From positions 2,910 through 66,909 of the forward strand of contig CAZTQY010000002.1 in NCBI GenBank assembly GCA_964616425.1: a stretch of 64,000 nt of DNA, written 5' to 3'. The translations under genes were made by a program, and so were the position numbers. Each line of letters starts with the position of its first letter. The stretch's first letter is position 1. Shown in pieces: positions 18,492 to 26,430 of this stretch. Origin of the DNA: an uncultured Candidatus Saccharibacteria bacterium. Lineage in GTDB: Bacteria > Patescibacteriota > Minisyncoccia > Phycocordibacterales > DATDWN01. The notes beneath the pieces were generated by a model. The model had not been told where the DNA came from. It worked only from the letters and a program-made list of their open reading frames with translations, and did not search any database.

Positions 18492-19796
18492 ATGGATTAT
18501 CTTAAATTCTTAGCAAAGCAAATACTAAAGCATGAGGCAAAGCTCGTGTTAAAAAAGTATAATCCAAAAGTTATTGCTGTTATAGGTAGTGTTGGAAAAT
18601 CTCTAACTAAAGAGGCTATATATCAGGTTTTATCAAAGAAATTTTTTGTTAGGAAAAGTGAAAAGAGTTTTACTGCAGAGTTAGGTATTCCGTTAACTAT
18701 TATTGGTTGTGGTGAAGGTGTCGGTAGTATTGTTCAGCTTATTAGTAATATTTTTTTCGGACTTCGAGTTATACTTTTCAAATCAACATATCCAACTTGG
18801 CTTATTTTAGAAGTTGATGGAGACAAACCGGGCGACTTGGAAAAAGTCAGTTCGTATTTAAGAGTAGATATTTTGGTAATAACTGCCATAGGCGAAGTTC
18901 CTTCTCATATAGAAAAATTTGGTGACCTATACACTTTTTTGAAAGAAAAAGTTGCTATGGTTGATGCTGTGAGGTTTGGAGGGGGAGTGATATATAACGC
19001 AGATGATCTGGTTACAAGTAACCTTGCTCAAAATTCGAAAGTAAAAATGATCTCAGTTGGTATAGGAGAAGGTGGGACACAGATTTCCGGATCCAAATTT
19101 GAGATTTTGTATGGTACGGGGAAGACTGGTTCAGTTCCGACTGGTATGTCATTTTCAATAAAAAATAAAACCAATCTTTTGCCTGTTAATGTATTCGAAA
19201 CTATTGGTATGCAAAATGAGTATGCTATCTTGTTTGCGTACGCTGTAGGTTTGGAATTTGGTCTTGAACCAGCTCAGTTAGTTCAGTCACTTGGTAAGTA
19301 TAATACTTTGCCAGGACGAATGAGAATGATTCCTGGGATAAAGGATACACTCATAATAGACGATACATATAACTCATCACCAATAGCTATTGCAGAAGCA
19401 ATAAATGTTTTGAAAGAAATAAAATCTGTTGAGAAAAAAATAGCAGTAGTGGGTGACATGCTAGAACTTGGTCAGTTCTCTGCAATAGAACACAGGCGAG
19501 TAGCACAGATGCTAAATGGTGTTGCGACAGATGTTATTTGTGTTGGCTTGCGGACACGTAAAGTCGTTGAGGAGCTAGTCAACTTTGGTTTTCCTGAATC
19601 AAAAATCAATTCTTTCGACACTTCAGATGAAGTTGAAAATTATTTACAAAATCTAATCAGCGAAGGAGATATTATTCTCGTGAAAGGCTCTCAGGCAATG
19701 CGAATGGAACGAATCGTAGAGGGGATAATGAGATATCCAGAGGAGAAGAAGAAACTGTTAGTCAGACAGGAGGAAGAGTGGAGGGGGAGAAATTGA
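18492..19796 (+). CDS. murF: UDP-MurNAc-tripeptide--D-Ala-D-Ala ligase
   Basis: Mur ligase P-loop VIAVIGSVGKS, 434 aa, dcw position. Confidence 0.75.
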   Translation: MDYLKFLAKQILKHEAKLVLKKYNPKVIAVIGSVGKSLTKEAIYQVLSKKFFVRKSEKSFTAELGIPLTIIGCGEGVGSIVQLISNIFFGLRVILFKSTYPTWLILEVDGDKPGDLEKVSSYLRVDILVITAIGEVPSHIEKFGDLYTFLKEKVAMVDAVRFGGGVIYNADDLVTSNLAQNSKVKMISVGIGEGGTQISGSKFEILYGTGKTGSVPTGMSFSIKNKTNLLPVNVFETIGMQNEYAILFAYAVGLEFGLEPAQLVQSLGKYNTLPGRMRMIPGIKDTLIIDDTYNSSPIAIAEAINVLKEIKSVEKKIAVVGDMLELGQFSAIEHRRVAQMLNGVATDVICVGLRTRKVVEELVNFGFPESKINSFDTSDEVENYLQNLISEGDIILVKGSQAMRMERIVEGIMRYPEEKKKLLVRQEEEWRGRN

Positions 19797-20132
19797 TTAA
19801 ATTCCTAACTGAAATTTCCAATTCATTTTCACTATAGATAAATTAAATGGAGTTGAAATATTGCTTTGTTTTTTAAATGGAATCACTAAATCTTTTAATT
19901 TGATCAACATGGATTCTAAATCTTGTTCTGAAGCATTTGGAAAGGTTGCGTACACATAAATTTCAACAGGGGCAGCGTTTACAGTTATCTTGTTCTCTGA
20001 AGCAAAAACTGAAATATCTTTAGGATCATATTCTGTGGCTTTTGCTGCAAATCCATGAATTGCTTCAGCGACTATTTTAATTTCCTCTGGAGAGATTCTA
20101 CTTTTTTCGTAATCAATTCTAACTATAGGCAT
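19797..20132 (-). CDS. Tautomerase-superfamily (4-oxalocrotonate tautomerase-like) protein
   Basis: The internal Met gives MPIVRIDYEKSRISPEEIKIVAEAIHGFAAKATEYDPKDISVFASE, matching the Pro1-I-x-x-I ... S-x-E-x-K ... EAI ... P ... V-x-V ... E pattern. The track ORF start at 20216 runs into the tRNA-end repeat, so the later start is preferred. Confidence 0.45.
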   Translation of the reverse strand: MPIVRIDYEKSRISPEEIKIVAEAIHGFAAKATEYDPKDISVFASENKITVNAAPVEIYVYATFPNASEQDLESMLIKLKDLVIPFKKQSNISTPFNLSIVKMNWKFQLGI

Positions 20133-20151
20133 AATATTAATTATAACATGT

Positions 20152-20170
20152 TGTGACCTTACCGGGAATC
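20152..20170 (-). repeat. Direct repeat of a tRNA 3' end (copy 1 of 3)
   Basis: Minus strand gattcccggtaaggtcaca is identical to the 3' end of the tRNA at 20461-20532. Confidence 0.65.
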
Positions 20171-20308
20171 TTTCATTACATGAAGGGTCCCCGTGTTTGG
20201 ATATTTTTGTTCGCAAAGCTCCAAAACTATCTCAAACAGGCTTCGATTTCCGACGTAGAGTCTCCCAGACTCTACTGTAAGGTCAAAGCTTTTTGCTTCG
20301 CCAAAACC

Positions 20309-20333
20309 TGTGACCTTACCGGGAAATTCGAAA
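20309..20333 (-). repeat. Direct repeat of a tRNA T-loop plus 3' end (copy 2 of 3)
   Basis: Minus strand ttcgaatttcccggtaaggtcaca. Confidence 0.65.
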
Positions 20334-20460
20334 CTTACAGTTTCAGTACACCTTTTCTATTTTTTGTTTCTAACCGAACAAAAAATTATCAAAGGTTTTC
20401 GATTCCCTAAACAAAACATGTTTTGTTTTAAGGTCACAAAATTTCGTGACCTCAATTTTG

Positions 20461-20532
20461 TGACCTTACCGGGAATCGAACCCGGATTTAAGCCTTGAGA
20501 AGGCTTCGTCCTAACCGTTAGACGATAAGGCC
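20461..20532 (-). tRNA. tRNA-Glu, anticodon CUC
   Basis: 72-nt cloverleaf read on the minus strand: GGCCTTA / D-arm GTCT..GGAC / anticodon stem AAGCC-TTCTCAA-GGCTT / T-arm CCGGG-TTCGATT-CCCGG / TAAGGTC-A. CCA is not encoded. Confidence 0.65.
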
Positions 20533-20550
20533 AATAATCTAAATTTAAAA

Positions 20551-20693
20551 CTAGGGAATCGAACCGGCTCTCCTCCTTACAGGAGCAGTATACCTTTCGC
20601 TCTCTGACTACAGAGTGCTCAAGGTCTTGCAGTTGGGTCCCTATCCCAACTTCACCTCTCAAAGACCTTGTCTAACCTCTAGACTATAAGGCC
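20551..20693 (-). pseudogene. tRNA-like fragment or pseudo-tRNA
   Basis: Minus strand starts GGCCTTATAGTCTAGAGGTTAGACAAGGTCTTTGAGA, with an acceptor and D-arm nearly identical to the adjacent tRNA. The anticodon stem AGGTC only finds its partner GACCT about 36 nt later. A distal GCCGGTTCGATTCCC has no matching T-stem or acceptor 3' end. Confidence 0.4.
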
Positions 20694-20745
20694 AATTGAA
20701 CAGGAAAACTATAGCATTTTTTACAAAAAAATCAAAAATAAAAAA

Positions 20746-20784
20746 TTGACAAGTAGCTATTTTGCTATTAAATGTATTTAGGAG
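20746..20784 (+). promoter_or_regulatory. Promoter (consensus -35 TTGACA) and AGGAGG Shine-Dalgarno for the REC-like gene
   Basis: ttgaca 20746-20751, a -10 candidate tattaa/taaatg around 20766-20774, aggagg 20779-20784, ATG at 20790. Confidence 0.4.
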
Positions 20785-20789
20785 GCAGC

Positions 20790-21260
20790 ATGAAAATTCT
20801 GTTGGTAGAGGATGACTGGGTTGAGCGCGAGATGGCGCTCGATGACATCCGTGCACTGCTACCCAGAGCAGAAGTGACCGCGCTTATGAACGCTGGGGAA
20901 ATGCTCCTCAAGGTTCAGGAGGGTACTGATCTGGGTGGCGTGGATGTTGTGGTCATGGAACACCACCTTCCTCTCTGGGCAATCGGTGAGTCAGAGGAGG
21001 AGTGGGACCAAGCAGTAGGCAATCTCGAAAGAGATTTTCCTGAGGTGATTAGGGAATGGGACGGTCAGTTAGCTGGTGAGCGGCTCGTCCGCTACATGCG
21101 ATCGATAGGAATTCTGATTCCCGTTCTCTTCCACACGTACACTCAGGAATCACACATCGCTGAGGATGTTCGGAGAATGTCCAAAGTCTTCTACTGCTGC
21201 AAGCTACTTGAAAGGGAGCATCTTCCTGAAGCGATCACTGCGGCTGTGCAGGCTCGCTGA
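20790..21260 (+). CDS. Stand-alone CheY-like receiver (REC) domain protein, probably a pseudo-receiver
   Basis: KILLVEDD start. Glu appears where the phospho-acceptor Asp is expected (VDVVVMEHHLP). Conserved T/S (LFHTYT) and Lys (SKVFY) are present. About 57% GC. Start placed at 20790 (SD-ATG) rather than the track's 20772. Confidence 0.55.
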   Translation: MKILLVEDDWVEREMALDDIRALLPRAEVTALMNAGEMLLKVQEGTDLGGVDVVVMEHHLPLWAIGESEEEWDQAVGNLERDFPEVIREWDGQLAGERLVRYMRSIGILIPVLFHTYTQESHIAEDVRRMSKVFYCCKLLEREHLPEAITAAVQAR

Positions 21261-21265
21261 ACAAC

Positions 21266-21316
21266 CCGCTACAACTACGCACGGACGACCCGTTCGAAGT
21301 TGAGCGGGTTTTCCAA
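21266..21316 (+). terminator. Terminator hairpin after the REC-like gene
   Basis: aacccgct ... agcgggtttt. Confidence 0.5.
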
Positions 21317-21342
21317 TGTCAGGAAGGTGATATAATTTAATT

Positions 21343-21708
21343 ATGTCATTCGAAAACATATTTGGTCCGGACAGTTTGAGCATAGAAAAGAACCGGATAC
21401 TGGGTTTGCTCGAAAGAGATGGTCAGTCAGATGAAGCCATGTCCGCAGTACTGGCTTGGACAGAACAGATGGAAGTCAGATCGCTTATTTCATCTAGAGA
21501 AATGGTCCGTTTCAACGTAGATAGAGCTGCTCTATACGAGGCAATTGGCGATATAGAAGGAATGTTTGAAACACTTGCCGAAGCTTTTTATCAAATCAAA
21601 TCAGAAAAGGATTCAGGAAATGAACCAGGGGATTGGCAGGAGTTGTATGATAAGGTTGAAGGACTTTTAAAAGAAATGGATGCAAAATATCCAACTAATA
21701 ACGAGTAA
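21343..21708 (+). CDS. Hypothetical acidic protein
   Basis: 121-aa ORF. An extended -10 (tgatataat) sits immediately upstream. Confidence 0.35.
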   Translation: MSFENIFGPDSLSIEKNRILGLLERDGQSDEAMSAVLAWTEQMEVRSLISSREMVRFNVDRAALYEAIGDIEGMFETLAEAFYQIKSEKDSGNEPGDWQELYDKVEGLLKEMDAKYPTNNE

Positions 21709-21709
21709 C

Positions 21710-22063
21710 ATGTTAAAGAACAAAGTACAGTCACTCACAAATGCTCTGAGAGGTGTTGGATTCGTCTGGAAGGAGGAGTCAAACTTTGGTGTTATTATCT
21801 TTTTTGCCGTATTGGCACTTTGTATAGGATATTATTTTGATTTCACTCTCATTGAGTACTCTATCTGTGCTGTTATCATCACCATAGTTATGGTTGCTGA
21901 GATGGTTAACACTGCTATCGAGGATATATGTAACAAGATAGAGCCAAATCAGGATCCATCGATTGGTAAAATAAAAGACATTTCAAGTGGGTTTGTGCTT
22001 ATTGCTTCTCTTGGTGCAGGCGTTGCAGGACTTTTGGTATTCTTCAATCATTTCACATTTTAG
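21710..22063 (+). CDS. dgkA: Diacylglycerol/undecaprenol kinase family protein (DgkA)
   Basis: Three TM helices and the DgkA signature AEMVNTAIEDICNK. Internal Met start at 21710 preferred over 21680 because the earlier start overlaps the upstream gene. Confidence 0.65.
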   Translation: MLKNKVQSLTNALRGVGFVWKEESNFGVIIFFAVLALCIGYYFDFTLIEYSICAVIITIVMVAEMVNTAIEDICNKIEPNQDPSIGKIKDISSGFVLIASLGAGVAGLLVFFNHFTF

Positions 22064-22104
22064 TAAAATTTGTTGGCTATAACCGAATAAGATATAATTG
22101 ATTC

Positions 22105-24867
22105 ATGGAAAATTATTCTGAAAAGTTAAACTTTACTAGTCCAGAAGCTGAGATAGCCTACTTACGAGAAAAAATAGCAAACAAGGAACTTGAACTTCGA
22201 GAAAAGAAAGTTGATTTTAAAATTGATGAAGTTGTGAGTAGTGAGATCAGTCGATACAGAGATAAACTCTCTAAAGATGTTTTGGATGAGACTCTAGCCT
22301 TGTCAAAAGTAGACTTAGAGTCCCTCGTACTAGATCTCGCTCCAGAGAGGCACGACAAAAAAATAGAAGAGCTACTAGGTATACTTGATACAAAAGGGGT
22401 AAAGAATGCTATGTCTGTTTTATCCGAGTTCAAAGATCCCCATCTAGAGGATGATTTTCATAGGTTTCTGGTTCAATACGTAAAGAAAGGTTTTAAACCA
22501 AAAGAGTTAAATGTTTCCGACAAGGAGTACCGTGGTCTTAATATGACACTTTACGAGGTGGTTCTACCAGAGGATCCTTCAGATTCAGGTAATGAAAAGA
22601 AAAGTAAAACTCTCAAAGAGTTGATTTCTAGTATGGAGCAGTTTCTGGCTGGTATGCTCTCTGTTACAACAAAGGACGATACAAAAAGTTATAAAGAAAA
22701 CTACATCGTACTCGAAATAGCAAACGCTAACGGCAGTGACCAGTTTATTTTCTATGTTGCTGTTCCGAACATTCACAAGTCACTTTTTGAAAAACAAATT
22801 ATCTCTGTTTTCCATAATGCAAAACTGACAGAGGCAACAGGGGACTACAATATTTTCAACGGAGAAGGTGTTTCTTTGGGCTCATATGTTACATCATCAG
22901 TAAATCCTATTTATCCTTTCAAAACATATGAGGCGTTTGACCATGATCCATTAAATATAATTCTCAATAGCTTTTCTAAAATTGAAAAAGAGGGTGAGGG
23001 AGCTGGTATCCAAATAGTTTTCTCTCCAAAGTCTGACTACTATAATAAAAAATATAACTATGCTATCGAAAAGATAGAAAAAGGGGTTCCAACAAAAGAA
23101 GCTATAGATTTGCCAGAAACAGTTACAGGTGAGTTGCGAAAAGGCTTGTTCTCATTTTTTAAATCTGTTCCAAGTAAAAAAGAAGGTGAGGAAGAAAAGC
23201 CTGAAAAAATAGATACAGAAGCAATAGAGAAAATAAAACGAAAGACAGCGAGTACAATAGTGTCAACAAATATTCGCTTGATAGCATCTGCAAAGAGTCG
23301 TCCAGATGCTGAGAGAATTCTGCAAAGTCTAGAGTCTAGTTTTAACCAGTTTACAGACACGTCTTCGGGCGGGCTCAAGGCTGTTAGGTTAGATGCAAAA
23401 GCATTGATGAAGATGTTTAGAGAGTACTCTTTTAGAGTGTTTAACCCTGAGCAGAACTTGCCACTTAACCTTACAGAGTTTGCAACTCTTATACATTTTA
23501 ATACTTCTACACTTGTCCCAACTCCTCAACTGAAACAATCACAAACTATTTCTGCTCCGGCTCCAGCAGATATGCAGAATGCTGGGACATTTTTGGGAGT
23601 AAATACCTATAGAAATGTTGATACACCAATCTACATGCAGGATGAGGATAGGTTGAGACATTTGTACACTATTGGTCAGACAGGTACGGGTAAAACACGT
23701 TTCCTAAAGAGTTTAATTATTCAAGATATAAAAGCTGGCCATGGAGCATGTTTTATTGATCCACACGGAACAGATGTTTTAGATATCTTGGCAAATATTC
23801 CACAAGAACGATACAACGATGTTATTTATTTTGACCCTAGTCATGTAGAGCGACCTATGGCTCTCAATATGCTTGAGTACGATAGAAATTTCCCAGAGCA
23901 GAAAACTTTTGTTGTAAACGAACTATTTAGTATTTTCCAAAAATTGTACGGAGCGGTTCCAGAATCTCTTGGGCCTATGTTCGAACAGTATTTCAGAAAT
24001 GCGACTATGCTTGTGATCGAGGACCCAGACTCAGGTTGTACTTTGTTGGATGTTTCTCGTGTTATGACAAACAAAGAGTTTCGTAAGATGAAACTTGAGA
24101 AATGTAAAAATCCAGTTGTTGTTCAGTTCTGGACAGAGGTTGCAGAGAAAGCTGGTGGTGAGGCATCTCTCGCGAACATCGTCCCGTACATCACATCAAA
24201 GTTTGATGTCTTCCTTGCAAACGATATTATGAGACCTATCATCGCCCAAGAAAAATCTTCTTTCAACTTTAGGGAGATAATGGATAACAAAAAAATCCTT
24301 TTGGTAAATCTATCAAAAGGTAGACTAGGGGACATAAATGCGAACCTTATCGGACTTATTTTAGTAGGAAAGATACTTATGGCTGCACTATCACGAGTTG
24401 ACTCTGCTTCTGGAAACTTTCCACCGTTTTATCTATATATAGATGAGTTCCAGAATATTACAACAGATTCTATTTCAACTATTTTGTCAGAGGCGCGAAA
24501 GTATAAACTTTCACTTAACATTGCACACCAGTTTATTGCTCAGTTGCAAGAAAACATCAGAGATGCAGTGTTCGGAAACGTAGGATCTATAGTTGCGCAC
24601 AGGGTCGGAGCAGAGGATGCAGAATATTTGGAAAAACAGTTTTCTCCAGAGTTTACGGCAAAGGATATTATGAATATTGATAACTTGAATTCTTATGTGA
24701 AAATGTTGGTGGGTGGAAAACCAGTAAAAGCATTTAATATGAAAGACTCACAGCCTCCAGAAGGAAACCCAGCAATCGTAGACAAATTGAAACAACTGTC
24801 ATTTCTTGAGTATGGAGGGGATAGGGAAGCAGTCGAAGCCGAAATTCTAAGAAAGTATAATAAATAA
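22105..24867 (+). CDS. VirD4/TraG/TraD-like (T4SS coupling-protein family) P-loop ATPase, 920 aa, no N-terminal TM anchor
   Basis: Walker A GQTGTGKT, FIDPHG motif, Walker B-like YLYIDEFQN, C-terminal AHQ/ATPase core. Long soluble N-terminal region. Confidence 0.55.
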   Translation: MENYSEKLNFTSPEAEIAYLREKIANKELELREKKVDFKIDEVVSSEISRYRDKLSKDVLDETLALSKVDLESLVLDLAPERHDKKIEELLGILDTKGVKNAMSVLSEFKDPHLEDDFHRFLVQYVKKGFKPKELNVSDKEYRGLNMTLYEVVLPEDPSDSGNEKKSKTLKELISSMEQFLAGMLSVTTKDDTKSYKENYIVLEIANANGSDQFIFYVAVPNIHKSLFEKQIISVFHNAKLTEATGDYNIFNGEGVSLGSYVTSSVNPIYPFKTYEAFDHDPLNIILNSFSKIEKEGEGAGIQIVFSPKSDYYNKKYNYAIEKIEKGVPTKEAIDLPETVTGELRKGLFSFFKSVPSKKEGEEEKPEKIDTEAIEKIKRKTASTIVSTNIRLIASAKSRPDAERILQSLESSFNQFTDTSSGGLKAVRLDAKALMKMFREYSFRVFNPEQNLPLNLTEFATLIHFNTSTLVPTPQLKQSQTISAPAPADMQNAGTFLGVNTYRNVDTPIYMQDEDRLRHLYTIGQTGTGKTRFLKSLIIQDIKAGHGACFIDPHGTDVLDILANIPQERYNDVIYFDPSHVERPMALNMLEYDRNFPEQKTFVVNELFSIFQKLYGAVPESLGPMFEQYFRNATMLVIEDPDSGCTLLDVSRVMTNKEFRKMKLEKCKNPVVVQFWTEVAEKAGGEASLANIVPYITSKFDVFLANDIMRPIIAQEKSSFNFREIMDNKKILLVNLSKGRLGDINANLIGLILVGKILMAALSRVDSASGNFPPFYLYIDEFQNITTDSISTILSEARKYKLSLNIAHQFIAQLQENIRDAVFGNVGSIVAHRVGAEDAEYLEKQFSPEFTAKDIMNIDNLNSYVKMLVGGKPVKAFNMKDSQPPEGNPAIVDKLKQLSFLEYGGDREAVEAEILRKYNK

Positions 24868-24893
24868 TTTCAAAATATCTTATAGAAAGCGAA

Positions 24894-24926
24894 AGGACCC
24901 GACGCAACATGTGTGCGCAGGGTCCT
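24894..24926. terminator. Hairpin (7-bp stem) at the convergent junction of the ATPase gene and small ORF C
   Basis: aggaccc ... gggtcct. Confidence 0.4.
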
Positions 24927-24935
24927 GATGAGGGA

Positions 24936-25130
24936 CTAGTCGATGGGAAACTCTATTTCGTTTCCCTGATCGGCGGCAGCCTCTGCTCCAGAGAGAAGCT
25001 TGTCGAGGCGTACAGCCTCGAGGCATTCTTCTTTTTCGACCCCTCTCAAATCGTGGGGTAAATCAAGAAGTGACGCCACTTCCTCAGGGGTGAGGTCATC
25101 GCGGTCTTTGCAGGCCGCATCATGAGCCAT
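24936..25130 (-). CDS. Small acidic protein C (64 aa), third gene of a GC-rich triad
   Basis: MAHDAACKDRDDLTPEEVASLLDL... About 58% GC. Preceded on its strand by a near-consensus promoter and GGAGG SD. Paralogous to 28709..28891 (C.RD...[ST].EEVA.L..D block). Confidence 0.55.
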   Translation of the reverse strand: MAHDAACKDRDDLTPEEVASLLDLPHDLRGVEKEECLEAVRLDKLLSGAEAAADQGNEIEFPID

Positions 25131-25185
25131 AGGCTCCTCCTCTGTACTACATTATAATACACATTATGACTCTTTGTCAAGCTAG
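25131..25185 (-). promoter_or_regulatory. Near-consensus sigma70 promoter plus GGAGG SD driving small ORF C
   Basis: Minus strand reads TTGACA-aagagtcataatgtgta-TTATAAT...gtacagaGGAGGagcctATG. The -35 is the complement of tgtcaa at 25175-25180, and the -10 the complement of attataat at 25151-25158. Confidence 0.55.
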
Positions 25186-25241
25186 TTATCCACATAGCGA
25201 AAGAGCCAACCTGGTTTCCCAAATTGGCTCCGTGAAAGTTC

Positions 25242-25454
25242 TCATCGGCTTTTCACTCCTTTTTTGTTTTGGAGTTCCAAAGCCTCTTTCTTGATGTTTC
25301 TCCTTGCGGTTTCTTTTGTTTCTCCAAAGAAGCCAAAATGGATTAGACAGTCATTTAGAACTGTCTCGAACAGGTCGGGGTCCGTATTGCCTTGCATCCT
25401 TTGTCTGTCGTACTCGGAGTTTACCCACCGAGCCATCTTGTGGTTTTCTTTCAT
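25242..25454 (-). CDS. Small basic protein B (70 aa, or 64 aa from the internal Met), middle gene of the triad
   Basis: MKENHKMARWVNSEYDRQRMQG...ARRNIKKEALELQNKKGVKSR. GC-rich. Same position and size as 28907..29089. Confidence 0.45.
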   Translation of the reverse strand: MKENHKMARWVNSEYDRQRMQGNTDPDLFETVLNDCLIHFGFFGETKETARRNIKKEALELQNKKGVKSR

Positions 25455-25518
25455 TAGAGACCTCTAAAAACAGTCTAAAACTAATTTTATTTTTGGTCTA
25501 GTAGTAGCAAATTTATAA

Positions 25519-25565
25519 GAAAAAGGCTGGTGCTGCGTAGGTACTGCAGGCGACCAGCCTTTTTA
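25519..25565. terminator. Bidirectional terminator-like hairpin between small ORFs A and B
   Basis: aaaaaggctggt ... gaccagccttttt. Confidence 0.5.
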
Positions 25566-25598
25566 GGTGACGACGCGACGATCTGTCATAGTTGGCTC

Positions 25599-25802
25599 CT
25601 ACGCCGCCGAGGCTTTTAAAAGATTCTTGTACTCCACACCGATCTGTTTTCGTAGTTCCAGATCGCATGGATTGTCGCCGTTTCGCTCCATCACTCGACT
25701 GACGATTGAATCGAGTTCTGACGCTGATGCGCCATCGCTGTCGGCATAAATCTTTTCTGCCATCTGTTTGACAGTCATCTTCTTCTTGTGCACTTTTATC
25801 AC
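25599..25802 (-). CDS. Small protein A (about 60-67 aa), first gene of the triad
   Basis: ...MTVKQMAEKIYADSDGASASELDSIVSRVMERNGDNP... Paralogous to 29190..29375 (S..E[LV].[DS]IV....ER block). GTG/ATG start ambiguous. GGGAGGGGG SD upstream. Confidence 0.5.
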   Translation of the reverse strand: MIKVHKKKMTVKQMAEKIYADSDGASASELDSIVSRVMERNGDNPCDLELRKQIGVEYKNLLKASAA

Positions 25803-25837
25803 CCCCTCCCTAACAATATTATACTGTTAAGTTAAAA

Positions 25838-25962
25838 ATTATAAAAGTCGGTAAAATTAAACTAAGAAAATAGCTTTAGATGCTAGGCGCGAGCGAGTAC
25901 TACGACCAAGCTGTACATTTAGTACTGTGCGTGGAGTATACGGAGTGAGCAACAACGCAGAT
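25838..25962 (-). repeat. Dispersed intergenic repeat (GUAC-hairpin family), minus-orientation copy downstream of yqeY
   Basis: The reverse complement reads gttgttgctcactccgtatactccacgcacagtactaaatgtacagcttggtcgtagtactcgctcgcgcctagcatct. It combines motifs of the 14044 and 37128 copies. Confidence 0.55.
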
Positions 25963-25974
25963 GAAGCTATTTTA

Positions 25975-26430
25975 TTAGTTTAGTAGTTCGTCAACTACTG
26001 CTTTGACTGTATCTCCATCTGCCTTTCCTTTGAGATCTTTCATGAGAGCACCCATGAACATTCCAGCTTTTGATTTATCAACTGCTCCCATCTCTGCCAT
26101 TTTAGCTTTTGCAATTGTCATTACATCTTCTTTACTCATCATTGCTGGTAGGTATGTTTCTAGTATTGCGAGTTCGGCTTTTTCGTCCTCAGCGAGTTCT
26201 GGTCGTCCACCACTAACGAACTGTTCGATTGAATCCTTTCTCTGCTTTACAGCGCGACGTATAACCGCAAGTGCATCTTCATCAGATAACTCATCTTGTG
26301 GCATTTTGCCTAGCTTTACTAACTCGTTTGTAAATGCTGATGAAAGTCCACGAACAACACCAAGCTTTACTGAATCTTTGGCTTTCATAGCTTCTTTCAT
26401 CTGCTCCTTAATATCTATTTGTATTGTCAT
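25975..26430 (-). CDS. yqeY: GatB/YqeY-domain protein
   Basis: 151 aa with a YqeY-like helical domain (…LSDEDALAVIRRAVKQRKDSIEQF…). Confidence 0.7.
   Translation of the reverse strand: MTIQIDIKEQMKEAMKAKDSVKLGVVRGLSSAFTNELVKLGKMPQDELSDEDALAVIRRAVKQRKDSIEQFVSGGRPELAEDEKAELAILETYLPAMMSKEDVMTIAKAKMAEMGAVDKSKAGMFMGALMKDLKGKADGDTVKAVVDELLN

Noticed and set aside
20150-20480. CRISPR-like array (three identical repeats at about 152-nt spacing)
   Set aside because: The repeats are copies of the tRNA 3' end with about 135-nt spacers, far outside CRISPR repeat/spacer geometry. No cas genes are present.
20551-20693. Intron-containing tRNA-Ser(UGA) with a 36-nt anticodon-loop insertion
   Set aside because: The anticodon stem can only be completed across a 36-nt insertion. 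No T-arm with complementary stem or acceptor 3' strand follows. It is more parsimonious as a tRNA fragment.
22158-24335. Multiple minus-strand 60-106 aa ORFs inside the 920-aa ATPase gene
   Set aside because: They are antisense ORFs within a well-supported long CDS.
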